Of a stretch of 64,000 nt of DNA, positions 21,274-30,731 are shown piece after piece. Source of the DNA: Dehalococcoidia bacterium UBA1141 (lineage in GTDB: Bacteria; Chloroflexota; Dehalococcoidia; Lucifugimonadales; UBA3495); contig DCAE01000047.1 of the NCBI GenBank assembly GCA_002311385.1, positions 36,090 through 100,089 of the forward strand. Reading direction: 5' to 3'. Numbering within the stretch: the first letter of the stretch is position 1; each line of letters opens with the position of its first letter. Made by a program: the position numbers and the translations under genes. The notes beneath the pieces were generated by a model that was not told where the DNA came from, did not search any database, and saw only the letters and a list, made by a program, of their open reading frames with translations.

Positions 21274-21620
21274 AATTCGTCCTCCTAAGTTATTGTGAAT
21301 ATTAACACAATTACTGCCTCTTTGGACAAGTGTCTCTATTTTGTCCTACGGTGCTGATGGCTTTTGAGGTTTTAACGAGTTCCAGCCCACTATAAATAGA
21401 TGGAGAGAGTTCGCTAAAAATCATCGCAGGACGAGGCCTTCCCGCAGCGAGACACATCTGATTCAGTTTTTGTATGTCCTGATTAGTGGGCGGATATGGA
21501 GTGCTGAGCCTGCCGATGCGGCAACTCAGAGACGGTAGGTGCTCAATCTTGGAACGCCGCTATGCTAACTGATTGAACACCCTCCGTGAAGTACCATTCT
21601 TGGATACTAAAAATAGGGTT

Positions 21621-24320
21621 CTAAACGTTCACTGTTCCATCGTCGGTCAGCAGCACCACCGGCAATTCCAACTCCCGCAAACCCGGCTCGATCGCTTCCC
21701 GGTCCCCCACCACTAAGATGGACAACCCGTCGGGTTCAACCAACTCACTTCCGATGCGTTGAACGTCGCCCAAGGAAACACCTTCGATGCTGGTTTTTAC
21801 GGATTGGAAATAGTTGTTGGGCAAATCGAAGAGGGTCAATTGCAGCAGCTGGTTTATCACCTGGCCGGGCCTTTCGAAGCTGGCTGGGTAGCTCTGAAGA
21901 ATGCCGGCTTTGGCTGAATCCAGCTCCTCTTCGGTAATGGGCTTATTCGAATGAACATCGTTGAACTCTTTCAGCGTCTCCACCACAGATTCTTTGGTGA
22001 CAGCAGTTTGGACGCTGCCGCCAGCCGACAGGAGGGAGGTTCCATGGCTCCATGCGATTCCTGAGTTATATCCGTAGCTGTACCCTTTGTCTTGCCGCAG
22101 GTTCTGGTTCAGCCGGGCAGAGAACTGCCCTCCGAAGGAATAATTCAGCAACAGCAACCCGAAGTAATCCGGGTGATGCCTGGGAATCGTTGTTTGGAGG
22201 GCGCGAATCACAGACTGGGCTGCCCCCGGTTTATCGACCAAGAAAATCGTGGTGCCATTATTAGTGTTTCCGGACTTTGCTGGTGATTGACCGCCATTAC
22301 CGGCGCCGTTCCCGGGAGTTTTGATTGCGGCGTCGGCGGCCCAAGAGCCCAGAGCCTCTTGTGCTTGCTTTACGGCCTCTTCCAATGTCACATCACCAGC
22401 CACTAACAGAGTGGAACCTTCGGGGCCGTAGGCTTCTTTGAATTTCCGCACCACGTCGTCCCTAGTCAGAGAGGAAATCGCGGCCTCGGTCCCGTGAATT
22501 GGATGACCGTAGCCCGATTCTTTGCTGAAGATTAGGCCCGGCGTGATAATCTCGGCCACATAATTTGGGTCATCCTTACCCCGGCTCATGTCGGTCAGCA
22601 ATTCCCGGCGAACCCTTTCCAGTTCGTGCTCAGGGAACGTGGGGTTTCGCACCATGTCGGCCATGATGCCCAAGGCCGTGGGCCAGTGCTTAACCAATGT
22701 CTCCGTTGCCAACAAAGTGAATTCCCGGCGCGCATCCGTGGATAAGCGCGAGCCGATAAACTCAAAATCAGCAGCCAATTCTAGGCTTGTGCGGCTGGTG
22801 GTGCCTTCCGCAAGCATCTGGGAAGTAAAGCTGGCCAGTCCAGGCAGGTTCTGGGGGTCGTCAATGGCGCCACCGCTCAGCATCAAGCCAAAGGCCACCA
22901 AGGGTATGCCAGGCTGCTCGACCACCAAGATTTCCAGTCCATTATCCAAGCGTTGGCGCTGAGGGACAGGGGGAGCAAACGACGGCTCGTCGCCGGGCTG
23001 GGGCATCAGGGTGCGGTCCAAAGCAACGGTCGAGGACTGGTGCAGGCTCTGCTCCGGCAACACCTTCAGACGGACCTGCCGGTGATCCAAGATTGTCTCG
23101 CTGACATGGAGGATATCCTCCCGCTGCACGGCCATGTAACGATCCAGGCTGGTATTGATTAGCTCGGGGTCGTTGGCGAAGACATTGAAGTGGTTCAACT
23201 GGTCGGCTCGGCCTCCAAAGCCGCCGACCTTGGCTAACTGACGGTAATGGCTCGATTCCAACCGGTTCTTGACTCTGGAGATTTCTTCGTCGGTGGGCGG
23301 TTCTTTTCTCAGGCGCTCTATCTCAGCGTCAAGGGCGGCTTCCGCTTCTTCCAGGGTGTGGCCCGGAGCGGCGGTGACCTGGGCGGTAAATTGGCCAGCG
23401 GCTTCACCCGGATTGTACATAATCGAAGCGCTTTGAGCTATCTGCTTTTCATAGACCAGAGACCGGTGAAGGCGGGAACTGAGGCCGTCGGACAGCACGG
23501 ACTGCAACAACTCCAAGGGAGCGTCTTCAATGCTGAAGTCGGGCGGTGTGGGCCAAGAAACATAGACCCTGGGCAGCGAAACCCGGTCTCTGATTTCCAG
23601 TTCCACCCGGCCAGCCAATGGAGAATCCAGTCTGCCCTTGCGAGTCAAGGCCGGTCCAGGAGGAAGGTCGCCGAAGTAGCGGTTGACCAACTCTACGGCG
23701 TCGTCCCGCTGGAAGTCGCCAGCGATGGCCAGGCTGGCATTTGAAGGCGCATAGTACTGGCGGAAAAAATCCTTGATATCGTCCAGGCTGGCTGCGTCCA
23801 AGTCTTCCTGTGAGCCTATGGTCATCCAGTGGTAGGGATGAGGCAGGGGATAGAGGGCTTCTTGGATGTGCCAGTGGGCCATTCCATATGGCCGATTCTC
23901 ATAGGACTGGCGACGTTCGTTCTTAACCACGTCCCTCTGAATGTCCAATCGTTTCTGGTCCAGCGCCCCCAGTAGAAACCCCATGCGGTCGGCTTCCAAC
24001 CACAGAGCCAACTCCAGATAGTTGGAGGGAACATCCTCCCAATAGTTGGTCCGGTCAGGGGTGGTGGAGCCGTTGAGGTTTGCGCCAGCCTTTTGCAATG
24101 GCTCAAAAAAGCTGCTGTTGTGGTTCTCGGAGCCTTCAAACATCACATGCTCAAAAAGGTGGGCGAAACCGGTCCGGCCCATTTCCTCGTCCTTGGAGCC
24201 GACGTGATACCAAACGTTTACTGCGGCCACCGGTATGGTGTGGTCTTGGTGCAAAATCACGTCGAGACCGTTGGAGAGGGTAATTTTTTCGAAGGATATA
24301 CTTGCCATCTGTTGGTTCAC
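21621..24320 (-). CDS. M16 family zinc metallopeptidase (fused two-half pitrilysin-like)
   Basis: GFAHLFEH (HxxEH), VVKNERRQ, second half without the zinc motif, RLNQNLRQDKGYSYG. Confidence 0.93.
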   Translation of the reverse strand: MNQQMASISFEKITLSNGLDVILHQDHTIPVAAVNVWYHVGSKDEEMGRTGFAHLFEHVMFEGSENHNSSFFEPLQKAGANLNGSTTPDRTNYWEDVPSNYLELALWLEADRMGFLLGALDQKRLDIQRDVVKNERRQSYENRPYGMAHWHIQEALYPLPHPYHWMTIGSQEDLDAASLDDIKDFFRQYYAPSNASLAIAGDFQRDDAVELVNRYFGDLPPGPALTRKGRLDSPLAGRVELEIRDRVSLPRVYVSWPTPPDFSIEDAPLELLQSVLSDGLSSRLHRSLVYEKQIAQSASIMYNPGEAAGQFTAQVTAAPGHTLEEAEAALDAEIERLRKEPPTDEEISRVKNRLESSHYRQLAKVGGFGGRADQLNHFNVFANDPELINTSLDRYMAVQREDILHVSETILDHRQVRLKVLPEQSLHQSSTVALDRTLMPQPGDEPSFAPPVPQRQRLDNGLEILVVEQPGIPLVAFGLMLSGGAIDDPQNLPGLASFTSQMLAEGTTSRTSLELAADFEFIGSRLSTDARREFTLLATETLVKHWPTALGIMADMVRNPTFPEHELERVRRELLTDMSRGKDDPNYVAEIITPGLIFSKESGYGHPIHGTEAAISSLTRDDVVRKFKEAYGPEGSTLLVAGDVTLEEAVKQAQEALGSWAADAAIKTPGNGAGNGGQSPAKSGNTNNGTTIFLVDKPGAAQSVIRALQTTIPRHHPDYFGLLLLNYSFGGQFSARLNQNLRQDKGYSYGYNSGIAWSHGTSLLSAGGSVQTAVTKESVVETLKEFNDVHSNKPITEEELDSAKAGILQSYPASFERPGQVINQLLQLTLFDLPNNYFQSVKTSIEGVSLGDVQRIGSELVEPDGLSILVVGDREAIEPGLRELELPVVLLTDDGTVNV

Positions 24321-24400
24321 CTCGTTATTTTAGGCCGGGTTTATTTTGCCGAGTATTTTTTGCCAAGTTGTTTCGATGGTCGGGGCGGTGGTTAACCTGG

Positions 24401-24471
24401 AAATCCCCCCAACCCCCCTTTGCGAAAGTGGGGCTTTTGGGGCCTGATACTAGCTCCGAGCAGGGGGATTT
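24401..24471. mobile_element. 71-bp REP/MITE-like element with 9-bp terminal inverted repeats and 7-bp flanking direct repeat
   Basis: aaatccccc ... gggggattt, flanked by aacctgg at 24394-24400 and 24472-24478. Confidence 0.7.
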
Positions 24472-24488
24472 AACCTGGTCAAAGTGCG

Positions 24489-25313
24489 TCAGGATCGATG
24501 TTGGCCTGCGGTAGTGAGTAGGTGGGCCAGCAATGGGGCTTCTTTGCCTTTCAACTCCAGTGTTCGTTCCTCGGATGAGCTAAATCTGCCGGAAACTTCC
24601 CTGTAAGTATCGTCGGTAACCAACAACTCTCCGGGTCCCGCCAATGCCTGAAGCCTGGCTGCGGTATTGACCGTGTCCCCGATTACCGTGAAGTCCCGTA
24701 CTTCTCCTTCGCCAACGTTTCCCATGAACACTTCCCCGGTTGCCACTCCACCACCCACAGGGAGTCCTTCAAGACCTTCGCCTGGGAATAGGGCGCCGGA
24801 GACTATTCTTAGGGCTGCCTGAACCGCTCGTTCGGCGTGATCTTCAGGACGGAAGGGCGCTCCAAAAAATGCCATCACTTGGTCGCCCACCATCTTGTCC
24901 AAGGTTCCGTCTAGTTCGAACACTGATTGGGCGGCCAGTTTATAAAACCGGTTCAGCCTGGCAACCATAGTGGTGGGCTGGAATTTTTCGGAAAGAGACG
25001 TAAATCCCCGCACATCGACGAACATCACCGAAACCTGGGCCAGCACCCCGCCCGGGGCCGCAAACTCGTATCAAACAGTGCAGAGATTCGGGTTCTTACG
25101 GGAGGGCCTCAATTGAATGAGGCGAAAGGGCAAGCACAGAGGCCCCATGAATGGTACATAGCACTGCTTGCACCTAGCCCCGGTTGGCATCCTGCCCCAA
25201 AGATGACGCAACCCTGCGGCTCCGCCCGCCATCTGACGCACCGCACCGATGCGCCGTAGCAGCGGGTGGACTCTACCAGAAGTCTTTTGCTCCAGGTCCG
25301 GAAGCTCTTCCAG
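24489..25313 (-). CDS. Class III adenylyl cyclase with N-terminal CxxC-x26-CxxU finger; predicted selenoprotein (UGA at 25071-25073)
   Basis: Cyclase motifs FVDVRGFT, DKMVGD, TVIGDTVNTAARLQ; the open frame upstream of TGA reads RCKQCYVPF...SRKNPNLCTV-U-YEFAAPGG; SECIS-like hairpin 25043-25061; start is CTG 25313 after GGGGAGG, or ATG 25232. Confidence 0.8.
25043..25061 (-). promoter_or_regulatory. Putative bacterial SECIS hairpin of the cyclase gene
   Basis: GCCCC-GGGC-GGGGU; loop starts with G, 17 nt after UGA. Confidence 0.65.
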
Positions 25314-25385
25314 CGCCGCTTCCTCCCCTTTAAGCTTTACTTATTTAAGCTTTGACTTGCTAATCTTATAACCGGGATTGAAGTA

Positions 25386-25967
25386 TTAGCTCCGCTCTCT
25401 GATGGGCCGGTTTTCTTGATTGGCCTTTATTGCTTCTACATTCCAGATATTCGAAAATTTGTAGGCTCGTGGACAATGCGGGTAGGACTCGGTTACCTCT
25501 ACCAACATGCCCTGAATGTGCTTGGAATTGTCGTCGTATTCGTACAGCGATAGCTCGATGTTGCGGCGGTCCAGTTCATATTTTTCGACAATGGTCACGA
25601 TGCCGTTTACCCGCACAGTGTCGTTTACCCCAGGAATCATGAACAGGAGACCGATATGAGGATTAGCCTCGACATTCTTATAGGACTGGAACAGTTTGTT
25701 GCCGGCCACATCGGGGAAAAGCAAGTGCCGGTCATCAATCACCTTTACGAAACCCGGCGTTCCGCCCTTGGGTGAAGCGTCGGAATGGCCTTGGGCGTCG
25801 CTGGTAGCCATGACGGCGAAAGGAGCGTTGCTGATGAATTCTTGAACGTAATCGGTCATGTAAGGCAGCACTTTGGCGGCCGTTGTGTCTTTGGGAAGGC
25901 CGAAGCTTTCTGTGAGCCGATGCTGCTCTATTGCATCGCTAACTTTGGTCTGGTCAACAGTTGCCAT
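25386..25967 (-). CDS. Pyridoxamine 5'-phosphate oxidase-related FMN-binding protein (MSMEG_1061-like)
   Basis: DASPKGGTPGFV, PDVAGNKL, GLLFMIPG, RVNG, HCPRA. Confidence 0.85.
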   Translation of the reverse strand: MATVDQTKVSDAIEQHRLTESFGLPKDTTAAKVLPYMTDYVQEFISNAPFAVMATSDAQGHSDASPKGGTPGFVKVIDDRHLLFPDVAGNKLFQSYKNVEANPHIGLLFMIPGVNDTVRVNGIVTIVEKYELDRRNIELSLYEYDDNSKHIQGMLVEVTESYPHCPRAYKFSNIWNVEAIKANQENRPIRERS

Positions 25968-26110
25968 TGTGTCTCCTAAGGCATTGATTGGGGCGTCGTA
26001 ACTCCATTATTCTACCGATGCTGGCGGGAAACAGCAAGCAAAGAATCCCGTGCTGGCCTGGCCCTAATAAGTTATAAGGCGACCGGGTAGGCGACCGCAA
26101 GACAACCTTT

Positions 26111-27226
26111 CTAGTCAGCCAGCCCAGCCATTGCCTCGGCCAAGCGTTGGCAATCGGCCAGCGGGCGGATGCCCACTCTGATGTATTTGGGAAGACCGAA
26201 GGATGTGCAGTCCCGCACCGCCAAGCCTTTCCTAATCAGCTTATCCGACCACCCGGTCGCATCGCCGACCTTGACCAACAAAAAGTTGGCCGCTGACGGC
26301 GGCACGAACAAGCCCAAGTCCGCTAATCTGGCGGACAGGAAGTTTTTTGACTCATTCACCGCTTGGCGGGCCCGGTCCAGATATCCGGTGTCGGCCAGAG
26401 CGGCCAAACCAGCGGCTTGGGACAGGCCATTGACGCTCCAGTCGGGCTGTAACGTTCCCAATCTTTGCGTTACTTCCTCCGAGGCCACCGAGTAACCAAG
26501 ACGCAGGGCCGTCAGCCCATAGTCCTTGGTCATGGACCGCACCAAAATCACTGGGCCTTGGCGCAATAAAGACAGCGAGTCCCAAGGCTCTTCCACGAAG
26601 GATAGGTAGGCTTCATCCAGGACCAGGAGGCCCCCGGTTACGTCGGCAGCCTGAACTAATAACGATACTTCATCGTGATTCAGGAACACGCCAGTTGGAT
26701 TGTTGGGGTTGCACAAGAATATCAGGCTAGGTTTCTCCTGAGCGATACTGCGCGCCGCAAGTTCCAAGTCCCATCTGAATCCGGGCCGGTCAAGGCCGTC
26801 CAAGCAGGATATTGTGGACCCCATCAACCGGCAAGCGCCCTCGTATTCCCCGTAGGTCGGCGTCAGTATGAAAGCGGTATTGTCCGATCTAGGCCGCGAT
26901 GGTGAAAGGTAGGCCCGAGCTAAGAGATGGATTATCTCGGTAGAACCGTTGCCGACCAGAATTTTTTCGGTACCTACTGGTTCGGAACTGACTCTGGATA
27001 GGTGATTGGAGATTGCTTCTCTGAGAAGCAGGCATTGGGGATCGGGATAGGCTGCCAGGTCCACCTGACTAAGCGCTTCCCGTACTCCCTCCGGTGGGCC
27101 GATGGGGCTGACGCTGGCGCTGAAATCCAGGACGTCTTCGGGCTTGAGGCCCAACGCGCGTAGTTCAGCGGGTTTTACCCCGCCGTGGGTTGGCCGCAGC
27201 GGTTGAGAATTTTCAAGTTTATCCAT
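26111..27226 (-). CDS. cobD: Threonine-phosphate decarboxylase (HisC-like class I/II PLP enzyme)
   Basis: HGG, DFSAS, GNGSTE, CNPNNPTG, DEAY, RSMTKDYGLTALRLGY; cob operon context. Confidence 0.8.
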   Translation of the reverse strand: MDKLENSQPLRPTHGGVKPAELRALGLKPEDVLDFSASVSPIGPPEGVREALSQVDLAAYPDPQCLLLREAISNHLSRVSSEPVGTEKILVGNGSTEIIHLLARAYLSPSRPRSDNTAFILTPTYGEYEGACRLMGSTISCLDGLDRPGFRWDLELAARSIAQEKPSLIFLCNPNNPTGVFLNHDEVSLLVQAADVTGGLLVLDEAYLSFVEEPWDSLSLLRQGPVILVRSMTKDYGLTALRLGYSVASEEVTQRLGTLQPDWSVNGLSQAAGLAALADTGYLDRARQAVNESKNFLSARLADLGLFVPPSAANFLLVKVGDATGWSDKLIRKGLAVRDCTSFGLPKYIRVGIRPLADCQRLAEAMAGLAD

Positions 27227-27324
27227 ATATCGCCATCATGTTGGGGTATTGCTTCGGCCTAGGGACTGCAGACCTTAGACAAATTCAGGACGAAGGCTGA
27301 TTGATCAATGCCCGCGCTGCGTCT

Positions 27325-28266
27325 TCAGAATAATTGGGTTCTACCATAGACCAAGGCAAGGGCGGTTGCCAAGGCAAATGCCGAGACTAGGTACATCGAC
27401 CTTATGGCTTGGGTAATATCCTTCGCTGCCACCGGCCGAGTATTCTCGCCCAAGCGGTAATGACCAACCTTCTCCAACTCTATGCCCAAGGCCCCGGCCA
27501 TGCCGCTCATGGTCCAACCGGCGTTTGGACTCTCCGTGCGGGCATGGTCTCGCCACATGATGCGCCATGCTGAAACGGCCCTCTGGCCGGGCAAGAATCC
27601 GCTGGCCAGCACCAAAAACAACCCCGACAGCCGCGCCGGAATCAGATTAATCAAGTCGTCCAAGCGGGCCGCCGCCTTACCCAGTAGCTCGTACTCGCCG
27701 TGATACCCAATCATGCTGTCCAAGGTGTTTATAACCCGGTAGGCCACTGCCCCAGGTAGGCCAAACAAGGCGAAGAATAGCCACGGCCCGCAGATGCTAT
27801 CGGCGATGTTTTCCGACACAGACTCAACGGTCGCCGCCGCCGTTTGTTGAGGAGACAGGTCTGAAGCGTCCCGGCTCACTAGGGACCGAAGCCCCAGCCT
27901 GGCTGTGGCCACGTCTCCGTCCGCCAAAGGGCGCCTCACGTCCGCCGCCGCTTGGTGGAGCATCTTAACCGAGAAAGTGGACTTGAGGAGGAGTGCCCCG
28001 ACTATGATATAGGCAACCTGATGAGCGCCCTGAAGTCCCTGCACCGCAAAAAATGCGGCGGCCAACCACAAGGCGGGAAGGGCCATGGCAACAACGCCAC
28101 CGACTAACAATGCCCCCGGACCGTCTCTGGGGGCTAGTCTTTGTACAACACCGACACTATGACCTATCCATACCGTGGGATGAAACTTGGCCGGAAACTC
28201 GCCAAAGGCCAAATCAATCACCACAGCCAGCGCCAACACCGCTAGGTCATCGGTGCTGCCTAGCAC
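27325..28266 (-). CDS. cbiB: Adenosylcobinamide-phosphate synthase CbiB
   Basis: HPTVWIG, LVSRD, ESVSEN, YRVINTLDSMIGY, ARLDD, SPNAGW. Confidence 0.93.
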   Translation of the reverse strand: MLGSTDDLAVLALAVVIDLAFGEFPAKFHPTVWIGHSVGVVQRLAPRDGPGALLVGGVVAMALPALWLAAAFFAVQGLQGAHQVAYIIVGALLLKSTFSVKMLHQAAADVRRPLADGDVATARLGLRSLVSRDASDLSPQQTAAATVESVSENIADSICGPWLFFALFGLPGAVAYRVINTLDSMIGYHGEYELLGKAAARLDDLINLIPARLSGLFLVLASGFLPGQRAVSAWRIMWRDHARTESPNAGWTMSGMAGALGIELEKVGHYRLGENTRPVAAKDITQAIRSMYLVSAFALATALALVYGRTQLF

Positions 28267-28324
28267 GGGTTGGTATCCTCCGCAGACGCGCAGGGAGCGG
28301 CAGTCCCGATTTTATTGGCCTGGG

Positions 28325-30730
28325 TCATCCCGGGTCCGCAGCAACGGTCGATATACAGCCAGTCTCCACCATGCCCGAAATTTCATCGTCGCTAAACCCC
28401 AATTCCGTTAAAATCTCCTGATTATGCTGGCCCGTCAGCGGTGCTGCGGGTTTATCGGCTGGCGCGGTCTTAGAAAAAGAGACCTGTACTCCCACCTGGC
28501 GCAGATTTTCGTACTCAGGATGCTCTAACTTATTGACCATATTCATACCTTGAGCCTGAGGGTTGAGGTAGAAACCATCGTTGTTGTTTTCAGCGACTCT
28601 AACCAAAGGCACACCCGCCGGAATCAGCACCTCCTCCCATTCTGTTGCGGAGAGCCGGGAGAATTCCTGGGCCAATAGTTGAACTAGCTTGTCGTTCCAA
28701 GGGGATACGGCGCTGGCTTCATCAAACGAATAGTTGCTAGCTGGCCAACTGCCGCCCAAGCAGGTTTTCAACCTATCCCACTCTTCGGTTTTCTGGCAAT
28801 CGAGCATCACCCAACCCTCGGCCGCCCGGTAGAGCCGGTTTATTGCGCTCGTGCCACGCAACCCTTCATCGGCCATTGGACGCTCAGTCATTCCTGGGTA
28901 ACGAATGAAGTGTCCGGAGTTGGCGAAGGCACCGGTGTTCAGCAAGCTTAAATCGATTTTCTGCCCTTGCCCGGTGCGGTCACGGTGATACAGGGCCATC
29001 AAGACTGCCACCGCCAGCAGCATGCCGTTGGTATCGTCACAAGTAGGGGTTCTCAGAAATACCGGGTGAGTTGCGCCTGCCCCTTGCCGCGCGGTTATAC
29101 CGGAGAGGGACTGGAACAATGGGTCGAAACCCGGCTTAAGACTATCCGGTCCCGTGGCACCGTAGGCAGTACTATGGGCATAAATCACGTTGGGCCGGAT
29201 TTTCTTCACTGATTCGTAGTCGATTCCCAGCCGCTCTGCCACCCCGACCCGCATATTGTGAACGACCACGTCGCGAGATTTCAGTAGACGCTTGAGCACC
29301 TCTTCGCTTTGAGGAGCCTTCAAGTTTATGGCGATGCTCCTTTTACCCCGATTACAGCCAAGGTGCAGAAATGGCAGAGTACGACCTCCTTCCCCACTGA
29401 TAGGCTCCAGCTTGATTACGTCGGCGCCGAGGTCCGACAGGACCATGGGACCCAAAGGCCCAGCGATAAACGAAGAAATGTCCAACACTCTGAGACCAGA
29501 GAGTGGATGCTCGGGGGGTTCTGATTGGAGATTTAGCACAGGAACAATTTGCGCTTCCGGATTGATATTAGGCTGGAATAAAGACGACGAATCACCATCG
29601 AATTTTTGCCCCGTCAAAGGCGCTGGCCCCCTCACTCTGCCCGGAGTCTCGGAAAAATCCAAAACCATACCGACTTGTTCCAAATGACCTAGGACCGGGT
29701 CGTCCACGCCAATAACCAGGCCGTTATATCGCACTTGCGGGAAGTCCATATACTCTTGAGCCGTCAAAATGGGAGCTGCCGGCACATCTCCCGACTCCAG
29801 TACGGCCAGCCAGTGGCTGCGTGGCTGACTTATGATACGCTGGCCAATCAACTCAATCGCCAACTCCCGGTCTTGGTCGTTGTTCCATCCCGTTGGCGCA
29901 GATGCAAACTCTGCCTCCGTGGCTAGTTCGAACAGTTCCAAAGCCACCGCCAACTTGTCCCAAAACTCCCTGGTTAGACAGCCTATGTGTATCCATTGTC
30001 CGTCGGCGCAAGGGTACATCCGGTAGGCAGGCAACCCACCCTGGGGTTTGGAATTATTTGCTTGGAAGGTACCCAGATTGTCAGCGATGGGCATCATTGC
30101 GACCCGTATTGCCACGGAACCCTGGTACATGCTGGTCTCTATTTTTTGGCCGATACCCGTGGTATTGCGAACATGGAGGGCCGCAAGAATTCCCTGCATC
30201 GCCAGGGTTGCCGCTCCCAATGACGCGAGCGGCATTGAGCAGAACATCGGCCCGTCGCCAAAACCGACTTGCTCGGTCATGATTCCAGAAGAGGCGGCCA
30301 CCAGGCTTTCATATCCGTGTCGGTCTGCCCAAGGACCGGTGGATCCGTAGGCTGAGATGGAGCAATACACGACTTGGGGATTGATTCCACTCAGCTGGGA
30401 ATAACCAACTCCAAGGCTCTCCGCTGCGCCGGGGCGAAACGACTCGAGAACCACATCGGCCTGTTGAACCTGCGACATGACAGCCGTCAATCCCTCGGGC
30501 TGTTTCAGGTCGATAGCCACGCTCTTCTTGCCCCGGTTCCAGACCCGGTAGGCAATGTCTCGCTCCAAGGGATTGCCCGAAGGATGCTCGACTTTTACAA
30601 CCTCCGCCCCGTAGTCGGCCAAGAGCATGGTGGTAAGAGCGCCGGGCAACCCTCGAGTCAGGTCCAGAACCTTCAGTCCTTTCATTGGACCAGCACCCTG
30701 GGGACCGGCTGCTTGTTCGTTTATTGCCAT
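28325..30730 (-). CDS. Tandem two-domain CaiB/BaiF (family III) CoA-transferase
   Basis: Two repeats of LxGLxVLD...GADVxKxE...NRGKxS; start abuts the cobS stop. Confidence 0.9.
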   Translation of the reverse strand: MAINEQAAGPQGAGPMKGLKVLDLTRGLPGALTTMLLADYGAEVVKVEHPSGNPLERDIAYRVWNRGKKSVAIDLKQPEGLTAVMSQVQQADVVLESFRPGAAESLGVGYSQLSGINPQVVYCSISAYGSTGPWADRHGYESLVAASSGIMTEQVGFGDGPMFCSMPLASLGAATLAMQGILAALHVRNTTGIGQKIETSMYQGSVAIRVAMMPIADNLGTFQANNSKPQGGLPAYRMYPCADGQWIHIGCLTREFWDKLAVALELFELATEAEFASAPTGWNNDQDRELAIELIGQRIISQPRSHWLAVLESGDVPAAPILTAQEYMDFPQVRYNGLVIGVDDPVLGHLEQVGMVLDFSETPGRVRGPAPLTGQKFDGDSSSLFQPNINPEAQIVPVLNLQSEPPEHPLSGLRVLDISSFIAGPLGPMVLSDLGADVIKLEPISGEGGRTLPFLHLGCNRGKRSIAINLKAPQSEEVLKRLLKSRDVVVHNMRVGVAERLGIDYESVKKIRPNVIYAHSTAYGATGPDSLKPGFDPLFQSLSGITARQGAGATHPVFLRTPTCDDTNGMLLAVAVLMALYHRDRTGQGQKIDLSLLNTGAFANSGHFIRYPGMTERPMADEGLRGTSAINRLYRAAEGWVMLDCQKTEEWDRLKTCLGGSWPASNYSFDEASAVSPWNDKLVQLLAQEFSRLSATEWEEVLIPAGVPLVRVAENNNDGFYLNPQAQGMNMVNKLEHPEYENLRQVGVQVSFSKTAPADKPAAPLTGQHNQEILTELGFSDDEISGMVETGCISTVAADPG

Positions 30731-30731
30731 G

